The notes under the pieces are model-generated. The model saw only the letters and a program-made list of their open reading frames with translations, was not told the DNA's origin and made no database searches. This document shows, piece by piece, positions 26,304-38,352 of a stretch of 44,008 nucleotides of DNA. The DNA lies in NCBI GenBank assembly GCA_000934665.2, contig JYFJ02000410.1, positions 124,001 to 168,008 of the forward strand, read 5' to 3'. A program made the translations under genes and the position numbers. Position 1 is the stretch's first letter. The number at the start of each line of letters is the position of its first letter. The DNA comes from Catajapyx aquilonaris. Taxonomy: Eukaryota.

Positions 26304-27186
26304 TTTTAAAAGGCAGTGTTCAGCCATTTCTTGCATGAGAACACTGTATTAAACGTGCAAATTGCAGCCTTTGCCGCCTAGAAACAGAAGCCAATCAATT
26401 TCGAAACATTGCTTTGCCATTGACAGTATCAATGGTACTTCTGGCTCTAAAACTATCGGCTCCCAACTTTCTCAGTCCCTCGAGATGTGTACACACTCCG
26501 CTTCACCCCATTGATTTTCACCTCCTCCGTTTTAATTGAAACGGAGACAGCAGGCGTCTCAGGTAAAGAGACATTAATTGGCATTTTCAAGAGAGCGGTT
26601 TTCAAACGGGGGGGAGGGCCGCACAAAAGCAAAGTGAAGGAAGTCCCATGGTTAGACACTGCGATAAGAGAGTCTCTCTCTCTTTGGAAAGAGCGTGGAA
26701 TCAGCAAGCTCCATCCGGAAAATCGCCCCTTTTTCCTGACGCCTTGATGGAAAAGGAGATGCTATCGGATGACATGAGCTAGACCAGGAGCTATGGGACT
26801 ATCGGATCGGTTCATTTCAAACTCTCCTCTCCCTCCCCACATCTCACTTCTTCTCTCTAAATGCGCCATATGTTACTTGAGGGGAGTGAATTCATTATGT
26901 TGGATATGTACAAAGTGTTCCTGGAAAAACGGGCCAGATATCTGTCGATAAGCTTGTGGGAAAAACCCGAATGCTTAATCGTCTTACTATTAGGGTAAAT
27001 TACTGCGTCAGGCGGTTCACTTTTTGTATGATCTTGGCAGCAGATACAGCGTACGACACTTCCATCGCCAGCTACAGACATAATACCGGAAAATATCAAA
27101 AAAATACCAGCTGTGTTTTAAAAGTTAACTATGAGTTTTGTATCGCGCGATTTTCCCATTAGGGCCACTATAAAATTGAAGTTTAC

Positions 27187-27429
27187 GGCCCGGTTGCACC
27201 AACTCCAGAAAACATTTTTCTGTTGGAAAATAGTCAGGAAAGTGTCTCATTCAACAGACAACTAGAAATAGCATACTTTTCTGGCTCTTTTTCGACCGGA
27301 AACCTGGCCTTACACTAGACCTTGATCGGTGGCTTAAAAAATGTTGAACCAGAAAAATGTATTGTTCAATAGGCAAAAAGAAACGACACGGTTTTCTGGT
27401 TCATATCTAGCTGGGAAATATTTTCTGGA
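27187..27429. mobile_element. Degenerate palindromic MITE
   Basis: Nested imperfect IRs tccagaaaacattt / aaatattttctgga and tacttttctggctc / gaaccagaaaaatgta; the left end reads ggcccggttgcaccaa. Confidence 0.4.
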
Positions 27430-28050
27430 AAAAAAACGAAGTTAAACGGCTGTTTATCCTTATAACTGTCGGTTAAAAGGCGGTGTTGCCAAAATATGCG
27501 GGCTTGCCACATTTAGATGATCCTTACGGCATATTAGAGGTCTGCTTGCACATTTTCAAGTGTCATTTCATCCCGCCCACATGTTATGCACGGATGAAGC
27601 AGATTGCAATCTGCAAGTGCGAAAATTAGCTGTTTACACCTTCTCCCCCCCCTCCCTCTTCCCTCTCCCCTATTCCCCATACCATACCCTGCATCGGGGA
27701 GCCGGATCTCGACAGTTCAGCCAGCATGTGCTAATGAGGTTTTGAAAAGCCCCGGACTTTTATTTACCGCACATGTGATGCTCACCACTGCGGAAAATTA
27801 CATGTTTCCTTTTGAGGTTCCACTAAATCAGTTGCCTTCACTCACTATAATCCATTACTCGTTCCAGTCGGGTTATTCATGATGGGCCTTCTTTTTTAAA
27901 ATGCAAATATTGGGGAGTAAGATTGACAGCCGTCCTGACCATCAATCATTTGCGTCGTTACGTATCGATAATGAAATTTTCCGGACCGGTCATTACACGG
28001 TGATGGTTGGGCCGGACCTGTTCAGAAACATGTCGCCAGAGCTTTCTACT

Positions 28051-28488
28051 CAATTGAGTCTGTGTCTCTGTTTGTCCGGGTGAATCATCATCTCTCTCAG
28101 CTAAGCTTAGTACTGTATACCACCACCCCTCGCACGACCCTGAGGGTGGCAGCACTGTGGGATCGATTAGGTTAGGTTAAGCTTTTAGTAGGATAGGTTA
28201 GTCGTTAAACTAACCTTTCATAACGTATCCTAACCCTAACCGACACTAACCTTTACCTATAACCGCCCATAATCTAACCGTTACGATTTGGTTAGTTTAG
28301 GTTAGGATTCGTCATCTAAGTGAGCCATATGGTTAGGATAGGTTAAGAGTTAACCTAACCTGACCCTAACTTAACCAATCCTAACCTTTACCTAACCGAT
28401 CGTAACCTTAACCGTTAAGGTTAGGATAGGATCCGTCATATGTGTGAGCGACATGGTACTACGTGGGCAGTCCGACTTTTTTTTGGCA
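28051..28488 (+). mobile_element. Repeat family A copy (longest), with TTAGG/CCTAA tracts and an internal duplication
   Basis: caattgagtctgtgtctctgtttgtccgggtgaatcatca...taccaccacccctcgcacgaccctgagggtggcag, microsatellite region, cgtcatatgtgtgagcgacatggtactacgtgggcag...ttttggc. Confidence 0.8.
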
Positions 28489-30081
28489 GGGATATGAAGG
28501 AAATGGGTGTGCACTGATTGCATCCGCATAATGGTAAAAAGGTCAGCTCTGATAACGTGATGAGGCGAGAGCGGTCATGTTTGAGCCTGGGTATGATGAT
28601 CATTAAGGCGCGTTATGAAATTTGCTCCGGCTGCCTAAATTTCGGATAAACCGATGGACCTTCCATCCATATAGTAGCTGCGTCCCCTAAACCGCATTCA
28701 AACCCATCCGGTATCCTCATCAGTTGCGGCCAATGCTATAGGGGATCGCGGGAATATTTGGCATGCGAAAAATGTGAATCTGGATGTAAGCACGACCTCT
28801 GGAAAAATATGGCGATTTTTGGTGAAGCAACAACACAAGTGTTGTTGCCCTCCCCACCGTTGTTGTCCCTTCATGATCGCTAATCCGACTGATGCAAATG
28901 TTACGGACAACCACGTGCGGTGAGAGGACAAAAGGACAACACGGCCGTGCAAGTATTGACAGCACCAGTCAGCTAGTCAACAGAATGAGTTTTGCACTAA
29001 TTGGAGGTTTTCCCCAACTTTGTTTTTATGGTCACGGGCACCTGACCTCGAATGAGCAGCGACACACCATAAACACCGCAGGTCAACCACCACTCCTAGA
29101 ATTAAATCTGATGATGATGGTCATCCGTTTATATTGTTCGTGGTTCCGAGGGTTGTTTTACATTTAAACCTCGGTCGTGGGGACGATGACACAAAAAATT
29201 TGCCCTTTGTTGACAGGGCAATGACATGTTTTACCACGCTTACAGTAAGGGCCATGGGAGCCAAGTTACATGCCACCAGTTAAAAGTGTCAGGAAGGAGC
29301 GCAAAGTATAGAGTGCTCCATTTCTGCCGTGTAACTTGTGATAATGCGTGTTGAGATACCTCTCTCCGTTGAGCCATCATTTACAATCGCTTCAACCGGT
29401 TTGCAGCAACAAAGTACAAGGCAGCATACCTGCTTTGAAAGGAAGCGCAACGAAAGTGCCATATGTAACTTGTCTCCGAAAAGATAATGCACTTCATGTT
29501 GATGCGCTTCTACTTGCAACCATGCAAACAAACGTGTCAAAATGGATGCCATTCCGGATATCGAATTGTGTCTGTCTGATATAAGCCGTGTTGGTATAAA
29601 CCAAGGGTTTTCTGGGTGGCAAATTAATTCTCTCTCTTCCGTCAGATTAAGGTCGGGGGGTTGAAATGCAGCGTCCCATGAAGCCAAAGTGGTAGGTGGA
29701 GTCAGGTGGTGCTTCTGAGAGGAAAGGGGTAGACACAAGGCGCTACTAGTGACAAATGGTCGCCTTGACACCATCCAAATCTGCATGGGAAGGCTTGCAA
29801 AAAAGAGAGAGAGAGAGAGGGTAATACAAGGCGCTCCTCCTCTTGTCTCGCCAAGTCTGCCTTTGATTGGGTGTGGTCCAAACCCCTTCCTTCACCCTGA
29901 ACGTAACACGTGCGTATTTTCCCAACAGGCAATGTAACCTCTCCCAGACGAGATGGAGCTGGCGGTTTTTCAGAGAGAATAGGTGAGAATAGGAGAGAGT
30001 GCCCGTGAAATTACTTTGAGAAACACAAAAACACTAACTGTGTTTCATGCCCAGTTTTTTCTTATATATGAGTTTTTTTAC

Positions 30082-30305
30082 GAGCGCAACCGAGTGCGCA
30101 CCAAAGTTAGCGCAGGGTGCACGGTTGGTATTAACAATGATAGCTGGCAAATGGGTGTACAGTACTACATAAGCGTTGCATTTATTTCCAACTCTACGCT
30201 TGAGGGAAAAATGGCCGACGTTTGCAACATTGCCAAGCCTCTGAGGCAAAGTTGTTGTCATAACAATGGAGCTGCGCAAATGTAGGTGCGCACTTGGTTG
30301 AGCTG
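30082..30305. mobile_element. MITE family B, intact copy
   Basis: About 20-bp TIRs agcgcaaccgagtgcgcacc / ggtgcgcacttggttgagct; interior is homologous to 5605-5975. Confidence 0.75.
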
Positions 30306-32362
30306 GGAAAAAAATTCGTCTGTAGTTCTGAGAAATTCAGGTTGATTTCACGTTGCTAAGCGCAACTGGTGCATTTCGTTATGAAAAGTTGGCAACGATT
30401 TCGCCTGATCTTCCAACCAGTTTCGTGATCAAAGAACGAAAAAAAAGAAGCTTGAAGCATTCCTCTAAGGGTTGGAGAGGAAATGCTTTTCCCCAATTGG
30501 CCGGATCCACTTTGATTCCTTTTCCTCCCAAGCTCCCCAAAAACTTTGCCAATAAGTGTCCATCGCCTCTGGTTTTTGTTAATTTTAAAAGCCCACAGGA
30601 CCACCACCCTCTATATGGTCCTTTTTTCCCCTGATTCTATTGGAACCCTGTTTGGGCGTGATGGCGAACTCCTTCCGACTATAATAAGGGCGGAAGCACA
30701 ACAGCTTTGCACCGACTGGAAAAACTTGATAAGCTCTACCGATTACCATAACATTGCCATCTTTTTTTATCATTTTTTTTTCCTGGCCCGGCTTTTTCGG
30801 CCCTCGGTCCGACGCTGCTTCTCAAATAAAGGGCCTCTGCACACATCTTATTCCAAACAGCGGCATCAATGAATTACCATGTTATCAGTGTTACAGGGAT
30901 ACCGGGGTTTTCTTTTCGGCCTAAAGTATAAGTTAATTAAAAATTTGGATAAATTTTGTCAGGAGAAATCCTGTGGAAATCTTTAATTGAAGCTATAGCT
31001 CAGTTATCATAGGTAAAATAGCTTACATTGTTATGATCGAACGCTGTTATTAGCATTAACAACAACAATAACAATGGTGATGATAATAATATAGGTTTGT
31101 AAAAGTTAGCTCGTAAAATTGTTTTAATTGCGATTACTAATTTTCATTTGCACTCGTTAACGAATGGAAAATTTAATCGGATGATGACATGTAGAAATTA
31201 TTGAATAAATATAATAATGATACAAACTGTACATTTTACACGTATGCAGAGGTTCTGTATTAAACTTAATTGTAAGTTTTAAACATATATGCACAGAAGA
31301 CGACAATATGTATTCACTGACTTGCATATGACTTCTACAGGTTTTGTCACCTACTGTATTAGTTTTTTGATCATTTAGCTACTTTCTAACTTATTATAGA
31401 GTGCAATATTTGCTTTAAAAGTAGATTATACTACATTATTAGAAAAATATAGAATCAGATCAAATTATAATCAAAATAAAAGACTGACATTTTCTTAATT
31501 ATAATGCGAAAACTATATAAAAAACCTGCTCAGCATCAAATGTGTACGGTATAAAATAACCTGAAGTAATCTAAAGTATTTTTATCAAAGTATACCGCCG
31601 CGCCGTATTGTTTATCCCATGGGAATGTACGCCTTTGGCTGCTTAAAGGATCATCTTTGAATCTTATATCAAAACCCTTTCCCTCTGGGAGTAACAAGTC
31701 TACAACTACTTTACTCGAGTCCTTCTCTTGAACAGTGCATTTAGGTCAATGCACCATCCTAGTATGTTGACAATAATTATTCCGGCCTCATACATGCCGT
31801 CTGTCAGGCCTCAGTACTACAGCATTCTCTTTGAAGGCAGTTCAGAGCCACGTCTGGAACATTCCGACGTCAATTTGTCATTCCCAGGCAGGACAGGTGC
31901 TCATGAATTCTTTAGGAAATAATTCGATAGTGTTTGATGCAGTTGACGATGTTTGCCACCGTTGTGGTGTACACACTGCAGGTCTGTCCTCACCCTTCCC
32001 AGTATACCCTCCGCTTTGATCGAATTTTAATCCATATTCATGGTGGCGTACGCGCTTTTGGTAGGTATTTGGGCCATGTCGCCGGCTCCAGTAAAACCAG
32101 ATGAATGCAGGAGTAACTAAACGACGCAATTATTGTACTTTGAATCACTAACGTAAACAGCATCGAGGAAACTGAACCCATTCCGGAACCGTTCAACTAC
32201 GGTATTTGGTAAATACAGATCTTATTGCCAACTTGTAAAGCACATTCTGTATACTTCAAAAATTGTATTATTATTTGTTTATTTATTTTAGGGCATACAT
32301 CTATTTCGTTATATGGATATTTATATTCGTTGCATTAGTTGATAATTTACTTTTATTTATTA

Positions 32363-32444
32363 CAGTGAAACCGCGATTCATCTTTTTTTTTTGCCGGAAT
32401 CCCTGAAAAAACGATGGATCAGGGAAACGATGGAGATTTCACTG
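32363..32444. mobile_element. Tiny pogo/Tigger-like MITE remnant
   Basis: TA|cagtgaaa...tttcactg|TA: short TIR with TA flanks, 82 bp in total. Confidence 0.5.
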
Positions 32445-33069
32445 TATATTATAACTTACATTTTTGATGCAGTATTTATTATAATATATTAATACTTAAT
32501 TTTTTAAAGTGTACTCTCCATATTATCTTGTATATACAGATGCTCCTCGCGTATAGCCTACATGATACTGAATGCGCGTCGTGAGATCTATTTTAATATC
32601 AGTATGTTATATTTAATTCACCTCGTTAGGCTCACTCCAAGGTTGCAAATGTGACGCAGACTGAGCAATTCCATGGTGCCAACTCCTTGGAACGAGAGAA
32701 ATATGTAAGGTGTTCCACGTGCAGAGTTGAAAAGGAGATTCTTTGGACCTGCTTGCTCGGAATTTGATGTCAAAACAAAGCGGACCGTTGCCTTCTGGCG
32801 TGGACGAAATGGACGTCGCCCCGGACGAAATTGATTCTTTCGTTTCATAAAGCCTCCGGGATGAGACGTGTCTGTCCTCCTCAAGTGGGTCTCCCTCTAT
32901 ATATACACTCTGATACTCTTTTCCACCATCCGTTCTTATCATCTGAGGCCCTAACTCCACAAAATCTATGGCCTCTTTCCTTTTCAAGACTCAAGCGTTC
33001 ATTCCCACCACTCCCCGGTAACACCCAGTCGTATAATCTGAGGCTGGATAGAAAATCGACGCATTTATC

Positions 33070-33153
33070 GGCCAAAACTTGGCAACGCTGCCCGGACCTG
33101 CCACGTAGTACTATGTGACTCACATAGATGGCGCACTCTTCGCAGCATGACTC
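33070..33153 (-). mobile_element. Repeat family A copy (partial)
   Basis: gccaaaacttggcaacgctgcccggacctgccacgtagtactatgtgactcacatagatggcgc. Confidence 0.75.
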
Positions 33154-33584
33154 CTGCTGCCATCTCTGGGCCGGCTCGTGCTTCTCTCGAGCTCTCTCTC
33201 TATCTTTCCCGTCCCGGATTTCCACGTGGGGGCGTATATATTTACCCGGAGAGAGCCCCTCCCTCTGAGCCTGGATGAAGTAAGATGTTCCCCAAGCATC
33301 AGGCAAAGGACTTAGTGGTGCATCAGTGGCATGCAGCAGATTGCGGCTGACAGCGTTTAATTGGAGCTGACGGTTGGTGGCACTTTGCATCTCCGTTTCG
33401 GGGGAGGAGACCCCCACCATCTCTGCCCCCACAGCATCCCATAGCCCTATACCTCTCCACAGAGACAGCTTTCACGACGCACCGCAGTCCTCTTCCTCAT
33501 GGCATTAGTCTAACTCTCCTTTAACCAGGCCAAGGCAAGGATCGGATCAAACTACACTTTAAGGAGATACTAATGGCATAACTC

Positions 33585-34302
33585 TTGAACAAATATTATT
33601 ATAACTACACAACTGATGAACAAATATTATGACTACACAACTGTTGAACAAATATTAGAACTACACAACTGTTGAACAAATATAACTACACAACTGTTGA
33701 ACAAAAAATATTATAACTGCATAACTATTGAACAAAATTAATATTGTAACTACTGTATATAACTGTGGAACAAATATTATAACTACATAACTATTAAGGA
33801 AAATATTATAAAGTTCTGTTAAAACTGCTATAACTGTTAAAATAATATGCTTATATAACTGTTCTAACAAATTTCATATCGAAATAACTGATATAAGAAA
33901 TTTCATATCGAAATATCTGATATAAGAAATTTCATATCGAAATAACTGATGTAACAAATTTCATAATGAAAAACTCTTAATAAATGTTATCATAACTAAC
34001 AAATGTTATAATTGTTAAGCAAAATAATGATATATCGGTAACTGTTAAATGATATAATGTAACTTCTGCAACAAAATATAATTTATAATGAAATGACTGA
34101 TATAACAAATAATTATTTATAATAATGAAATGACTGATATAACAAATAATTATTTATAATAATGAAATGACTGATATAACAAATAATTATTTATAATAAT
34201 GAAATGACTGATATAACAAATAATTATTTATAATAATGAAATGACTGATATAACAAATAATTATTTATAATAATGAAATGACTGATATAACAAATAATTT
34301 AT
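33585..34302. repeat. Composite minisatellite (about 30-bp degenerate units, 29-bp units x3, 37-bp units x about 6)
   Basis: actacacaactgttgaacaaatatt-type units at 33585-33868; aaatttcatatcgaaataactgatataag at 33869/33898/33927; aatgaaatgactgatataacaaataattatttataat at 34087/34124/34161/34198/34235/34272. Confidence 0.9.
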
Positions 34303-35629
34303 AAGGATAGATTTAAAAGTAGTTTTTGAAAACTGGGGGGTAGGATGATGTCGTGCGAGGATAATCTCATCACTTCATCCAAGAGTGATTCGTGTTTACG
34401 TTAGTCAGCGAAAAAGGAATGCTGTGGGGGGTTAGGGGGGTGGAGAGTTTGAAAAAATAATTTTTCGAGGGACTCAAAAACTTTTCCCGTCGCTTCACTT
34501 TTAGGCGGCTAATTGGATGAGATATGCTTAGCCATTTGCAAGAAATTAATTTAATCAACGTGTACTGGTAGGGGAAGCGAATGTCAGTTTCATTAGCAAT
34601 TAGTGCCCCAGTGCTCATGAGGTTCCGTCAATTTTGGAGTTTGGGGACTTTCCTACAGTTTTTTTTTTTTTACCTGATGCTTTAAAAAAATTTGTGTGCA
34701 GGTTAGTGTGGAGTAAACGAAAACTTTGTACTTTTCTGAAAGAAGATACACGAGCTTGCTAATAAAATTACTTACACTCGAATCAAGTTGTTGGATCAGA
34801 TATTTTCACATATTCTGATTAACCCGCACATATGCCTGAATTATTTTACGGTTAATTTATGAATATTTGTAAGGAACCAATGAAGAACTGACACAATAAC
34901 ATACTAATAATGTGACATACGTATGTAGGCCTACAAGTGTCCTATACACTTATTATAGGGTAAGTCATATTATTTTTTAAATGTTATTGGTGGCAACAAA
35001 CAATATTAATAACAAGAACTTAATTAATATCGTTTTGTTAATAATTAGTAGTTATGTTGTTTACATTCGTGCCCCCCATTTTTCTCTAGTGGAGGCCCTA
35101 AGCTTAGCCTAAAACACAATGCTCTCTGCATCTCCCGAGTTCATTGGCCATTTCCCTCTCTTATTACGCTAAGGATAATTTCCTAGCGGAAAAGCATTGT
35201 ATGGTAGGGGGTAGGGGGTTAGTTGCATGCGGCTTTTTGGCCCGGGGTGGTGGTGGTGGTAGGTCGGGGGGAGGGGGTGAGAGAGGCCCTACTCGGCGCG
35301 ATAGCAGCAACGCCGTTGGCACTTTGGAAGGAAATCGCCGGAAGTTACGTGACGGCGCTTCATTGCCCGGCACCCAAAGGGCCATTCTGCCCTTTGACAC
35401 AGATGGAAAGCTGGGTGGTGGTAGGTAGGTAGTAGGAGGGTGGGGGGGTAGAAATCGCTCGATGCCAGGCCCCTCCTCGCCAACTGCGGGGAATTACACC
35501 CTTGGTATACCCTGTAGAAAACTAGGGCCAGCTGGACTTTCTTATTGGGGGTTTCCAGGTGTAACCGCGATTAATTCCTGCTATGACCAGAGACATGGCC
35601 TGTTAATATTTCAGACTACTCAACCGCTT

Positions 35630-35717
35630 GCCAAAACTTGCCGAAATTACTACATTAATAGATGGCGCCACTCTCACCCCGGACAAACAGAGGCACAGAC
35701 TACAGCCAATCATATAC
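35630..35717 (-). mobile_element. Repeat family A copy, deleted
   Basis: gccaaaacttgcc...atagatggcgccactctcaccccggacaaacagaggcacagactacagccaat. Confidence 0.75.
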
Positions 35718-35729
35718 TTCCCTAGATGT

Positions 35730-36030
35730 CACTGTCCGCAAAGACGCGTTGACTCATCACCTAGGTGCATGTAATTACCATAGATGTTATCACTTTTCCC
35801 CCTTCGATAATGATAGGTCACAACAGGTTCACTCTCTATAGTGGTCAGAGACAGACAGGTGCTGGTGGGCTTTGTCCGCGCGGTGACTCATCACCAACGT
35901 GCATGTAGTACCACTTGCTCCATGAGAGCAGCAGTAGTGTCCAGATAGGAAGCGCGCCACCTGGAAGTGGCATTTCGTGTAGGCTACTACGTCCAAATTG
36001 GGGCCGGACAGTGTTGACAAGTTTTGGTAC
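35730..36030 (+). mobile_element. Two adjacent repeat family A fragments
   Basis: tgtccgc..tgactcatcacctaggtgcatgtaattacca (about 35734-35781) and tttgtccgcgcggtgactcatcaccaacgtgcatgtagtaccact...gcgccacct...tactacgt...cagtgttgacaagttttgg (about 35870-36027). Confidence 0.6.
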
Positions 36031-36696
36031 TCTATATATTTTTAAAATATTAGAAGGGCGAGAGTTAAACGATCGTGTGTTAATTTTTTTTGAAGCAATT
36101 ACGAGCTAGTAGTTCGAGGTGAGTAAGTGGTTTAATTTGCAGGGTAGTTACCGCGGGCCAAACATTATTTTTAATGGCTGTGAAAAATGCACCCATGGTT
36201 GAATCGGAAATCGCTGAAAAGTATTGGTCACTTTATGGCCATTCATATACTCGTATTAGTCCTATACCCACCAACCGACCATCGAGTGCAGTTAACCGGC
36301 GGTTAATGCCGTTAATTGCAATACGCAAAATAATATGCAACAAGCCCATTTTAATACTCTTTCACAGCCCAACACTTGAACAATCAATAATTAATTAATT
36401 AGTCTGTTATATGCGCTCTTTCCATTACACCTTTTTTTTTGTCCCCATGTATTACAGCACGTTTAATCCTGCCCTGTTCGAATATTTGGAGTGCAGAAGT
36501 GCGCTATTTACAATGGAAAAATTTAATACGCACTTGACTCATGTACTCTGTACAACTAATTGATGCAATTAATCTATAATATAATGCTAATTAACAACTA
36601 GGTACATACTAGATTTGAAGAGGTTATTAAACCTGCTAGTCAAAGCTACTAATACAGGTAATATTTACGCTGAAATAATTCACTCCACATTTTAGG

Positions 36697-36792
36697 ATTG
36701 GCGTCTGTGCTTTTGTTTGTCCAGCTATAGTAATGCGCAATCTGTGTGAGGGATATGGTACTACGTGTACAGGCAGTTTGTCCAAGGTTTGG
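36697..36792 (+). mobile_element. Repeat family A copy, deleted
   Basis: attggcgtctgtgcttttgtttgtcc...gcgcaatctgtgtgagggatatggtactacgtgtacag. Confidence 0.75.
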
Positions 36793-37921
36793 GTAGGTAT
36801 AGTCAGCAGCACATGTTCATTATTATGCAATAAGGCAACCCGCGGTTTGCGTCCTGGGAAGCAAATTTCCAAGAGGAGGATTGGGAAAGGGAGGGCTTGA
36901 AACGAAGGACTCTATTGGGAGCCTTTTTCGTCGAGCATGATGCAATTAATTCTGCTGGTCCTTCCCTCTCTCCCCCTTCCTCTATATCTATCTATCTACA
37001 CCCCGCTCCCCAAGTCCTCTCAACGTTGCAGGTTAATGCACCGTTCCTCCCTGGAGTTTGTCTAATTGGTTGTCTCGCTCTGTTTGGAACCTCCCCCCCC
37101 CCCCCNNCCCCCCCCCCCCCTCTTTCCTTTATCCTATACCGACCCCCTTCCACCCCCTTTGCCTCCTTAATAACAAACAGAGACGCATTGCATTAGGCAT
37201 AAGTTGCTTAGCCTTCCATATTCATGCAGAGGATCTTAGGACTCGGCCAGAGATTCAATTATGGGATGGCTGCAGGGGGTCCAAGACTCCAGAAAATTTA
37301 TTCAGAGGGAAGGATAACTTACCTGAACTTTGCAAAAAAAATCGAATTTTTTACCAAGTAAGCTACGTCATTATTTATTTTACATGTGGTCATACCCTCT
37401 ATCAAAAATTAACATTTAGTAAAATTAAAAGCAAACGTGATTACACTTAATAAACTTGGAGGCTACCTGACTAAGACGATGGGCTTTTATGGTTTTGGGT
37501 TGAGATATTTGCGGACGCATCGCTTTATGAGAGGGCTAGAGAGGGGAGAGAGTGTGTGGAGAACCTAAGTTGCCGCAATTTTGCCTAGCAGGCGAGTCTG
37601 ACCAAGGAAGCCGGTGGTTTTAGGGGTTAAAGCCACGGGAACGTTGGGATGATGGAGTGAAGTCGTCAGTAATCGTTGTTCAAACCTCAGCGCCAAACCG
37701 CTCAGACACACACCAAAACCCCAGCTCCTGTACAGTCCCATTATGGAGTTTCACAACTCCTGGATGTACTCCTGATGGAAAAAGTTAGGCGGCGTGTAGA
37801 ACCAAATATTTTGTAAAATAATACTATCAAGAGTTATAGGACTCTAGAAGCCCTGGTGATTTTTTACCGACATTGATTAAGCCTATTACTATACTAAAAC
37901 ATATTCTAACCGCTACGACAT

Positions 37922-38352
37922 AAGTAGCAGGGATTTCGAATAATATCCGAAAGTAGCAGTGATTCTAGTGATATCCAAACATTGGAGTGATTCTAGTGAT
38001 ATCCAAACATTGGAGTGATTCTAGTGATATCCAAACATTGGAGTGATTCTAGTGATATCCAAACATTGGAGTGATTCTAGTGATATTCAAACATTGGAGT
38101 GATTCTAGTGATATCCAAACATTGGAGTGATTCTAGTGATATCCAAACATTGGAGTGATTCTAGTGATATCCAAACATTGGAGTGATTCTAGTGATATCC
38201 AAACATTGGAGTGATTCTACTGAAATTCAAAGGAAGCAGTAATTCCATCCCAAAGTAACAGTGATAACTACTAAAATTCAATAGAAGCATTGACTCAACC
38301 GATATCCAAAAGTAGCAGTGATTCCTACTGATATCCACAAGTAGCAGTGATT
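37922..38352. repeat. 28-bp tandem repeat
   Basis: gtgattctagtgatatccaaacattgga about 9 times from 37959 to about 38218, with degenerate aagtagcagtgatt-type units on both sides. Confidence 0.95.

Noticed and set aside
29290..29600. Possible decayed transposase coding fragment (also 31730-32130)
   Set aside because: Composition looks coding-like, but the + frames I read have stops and I recognise no motif in any frame. BLASTx would be needed.
37959..38218. 28-bp repeats as a CRISPR array
   Set aside because: Units are head-to-tail with no spacers, there are no cas genes, and the context is eukaryotic.
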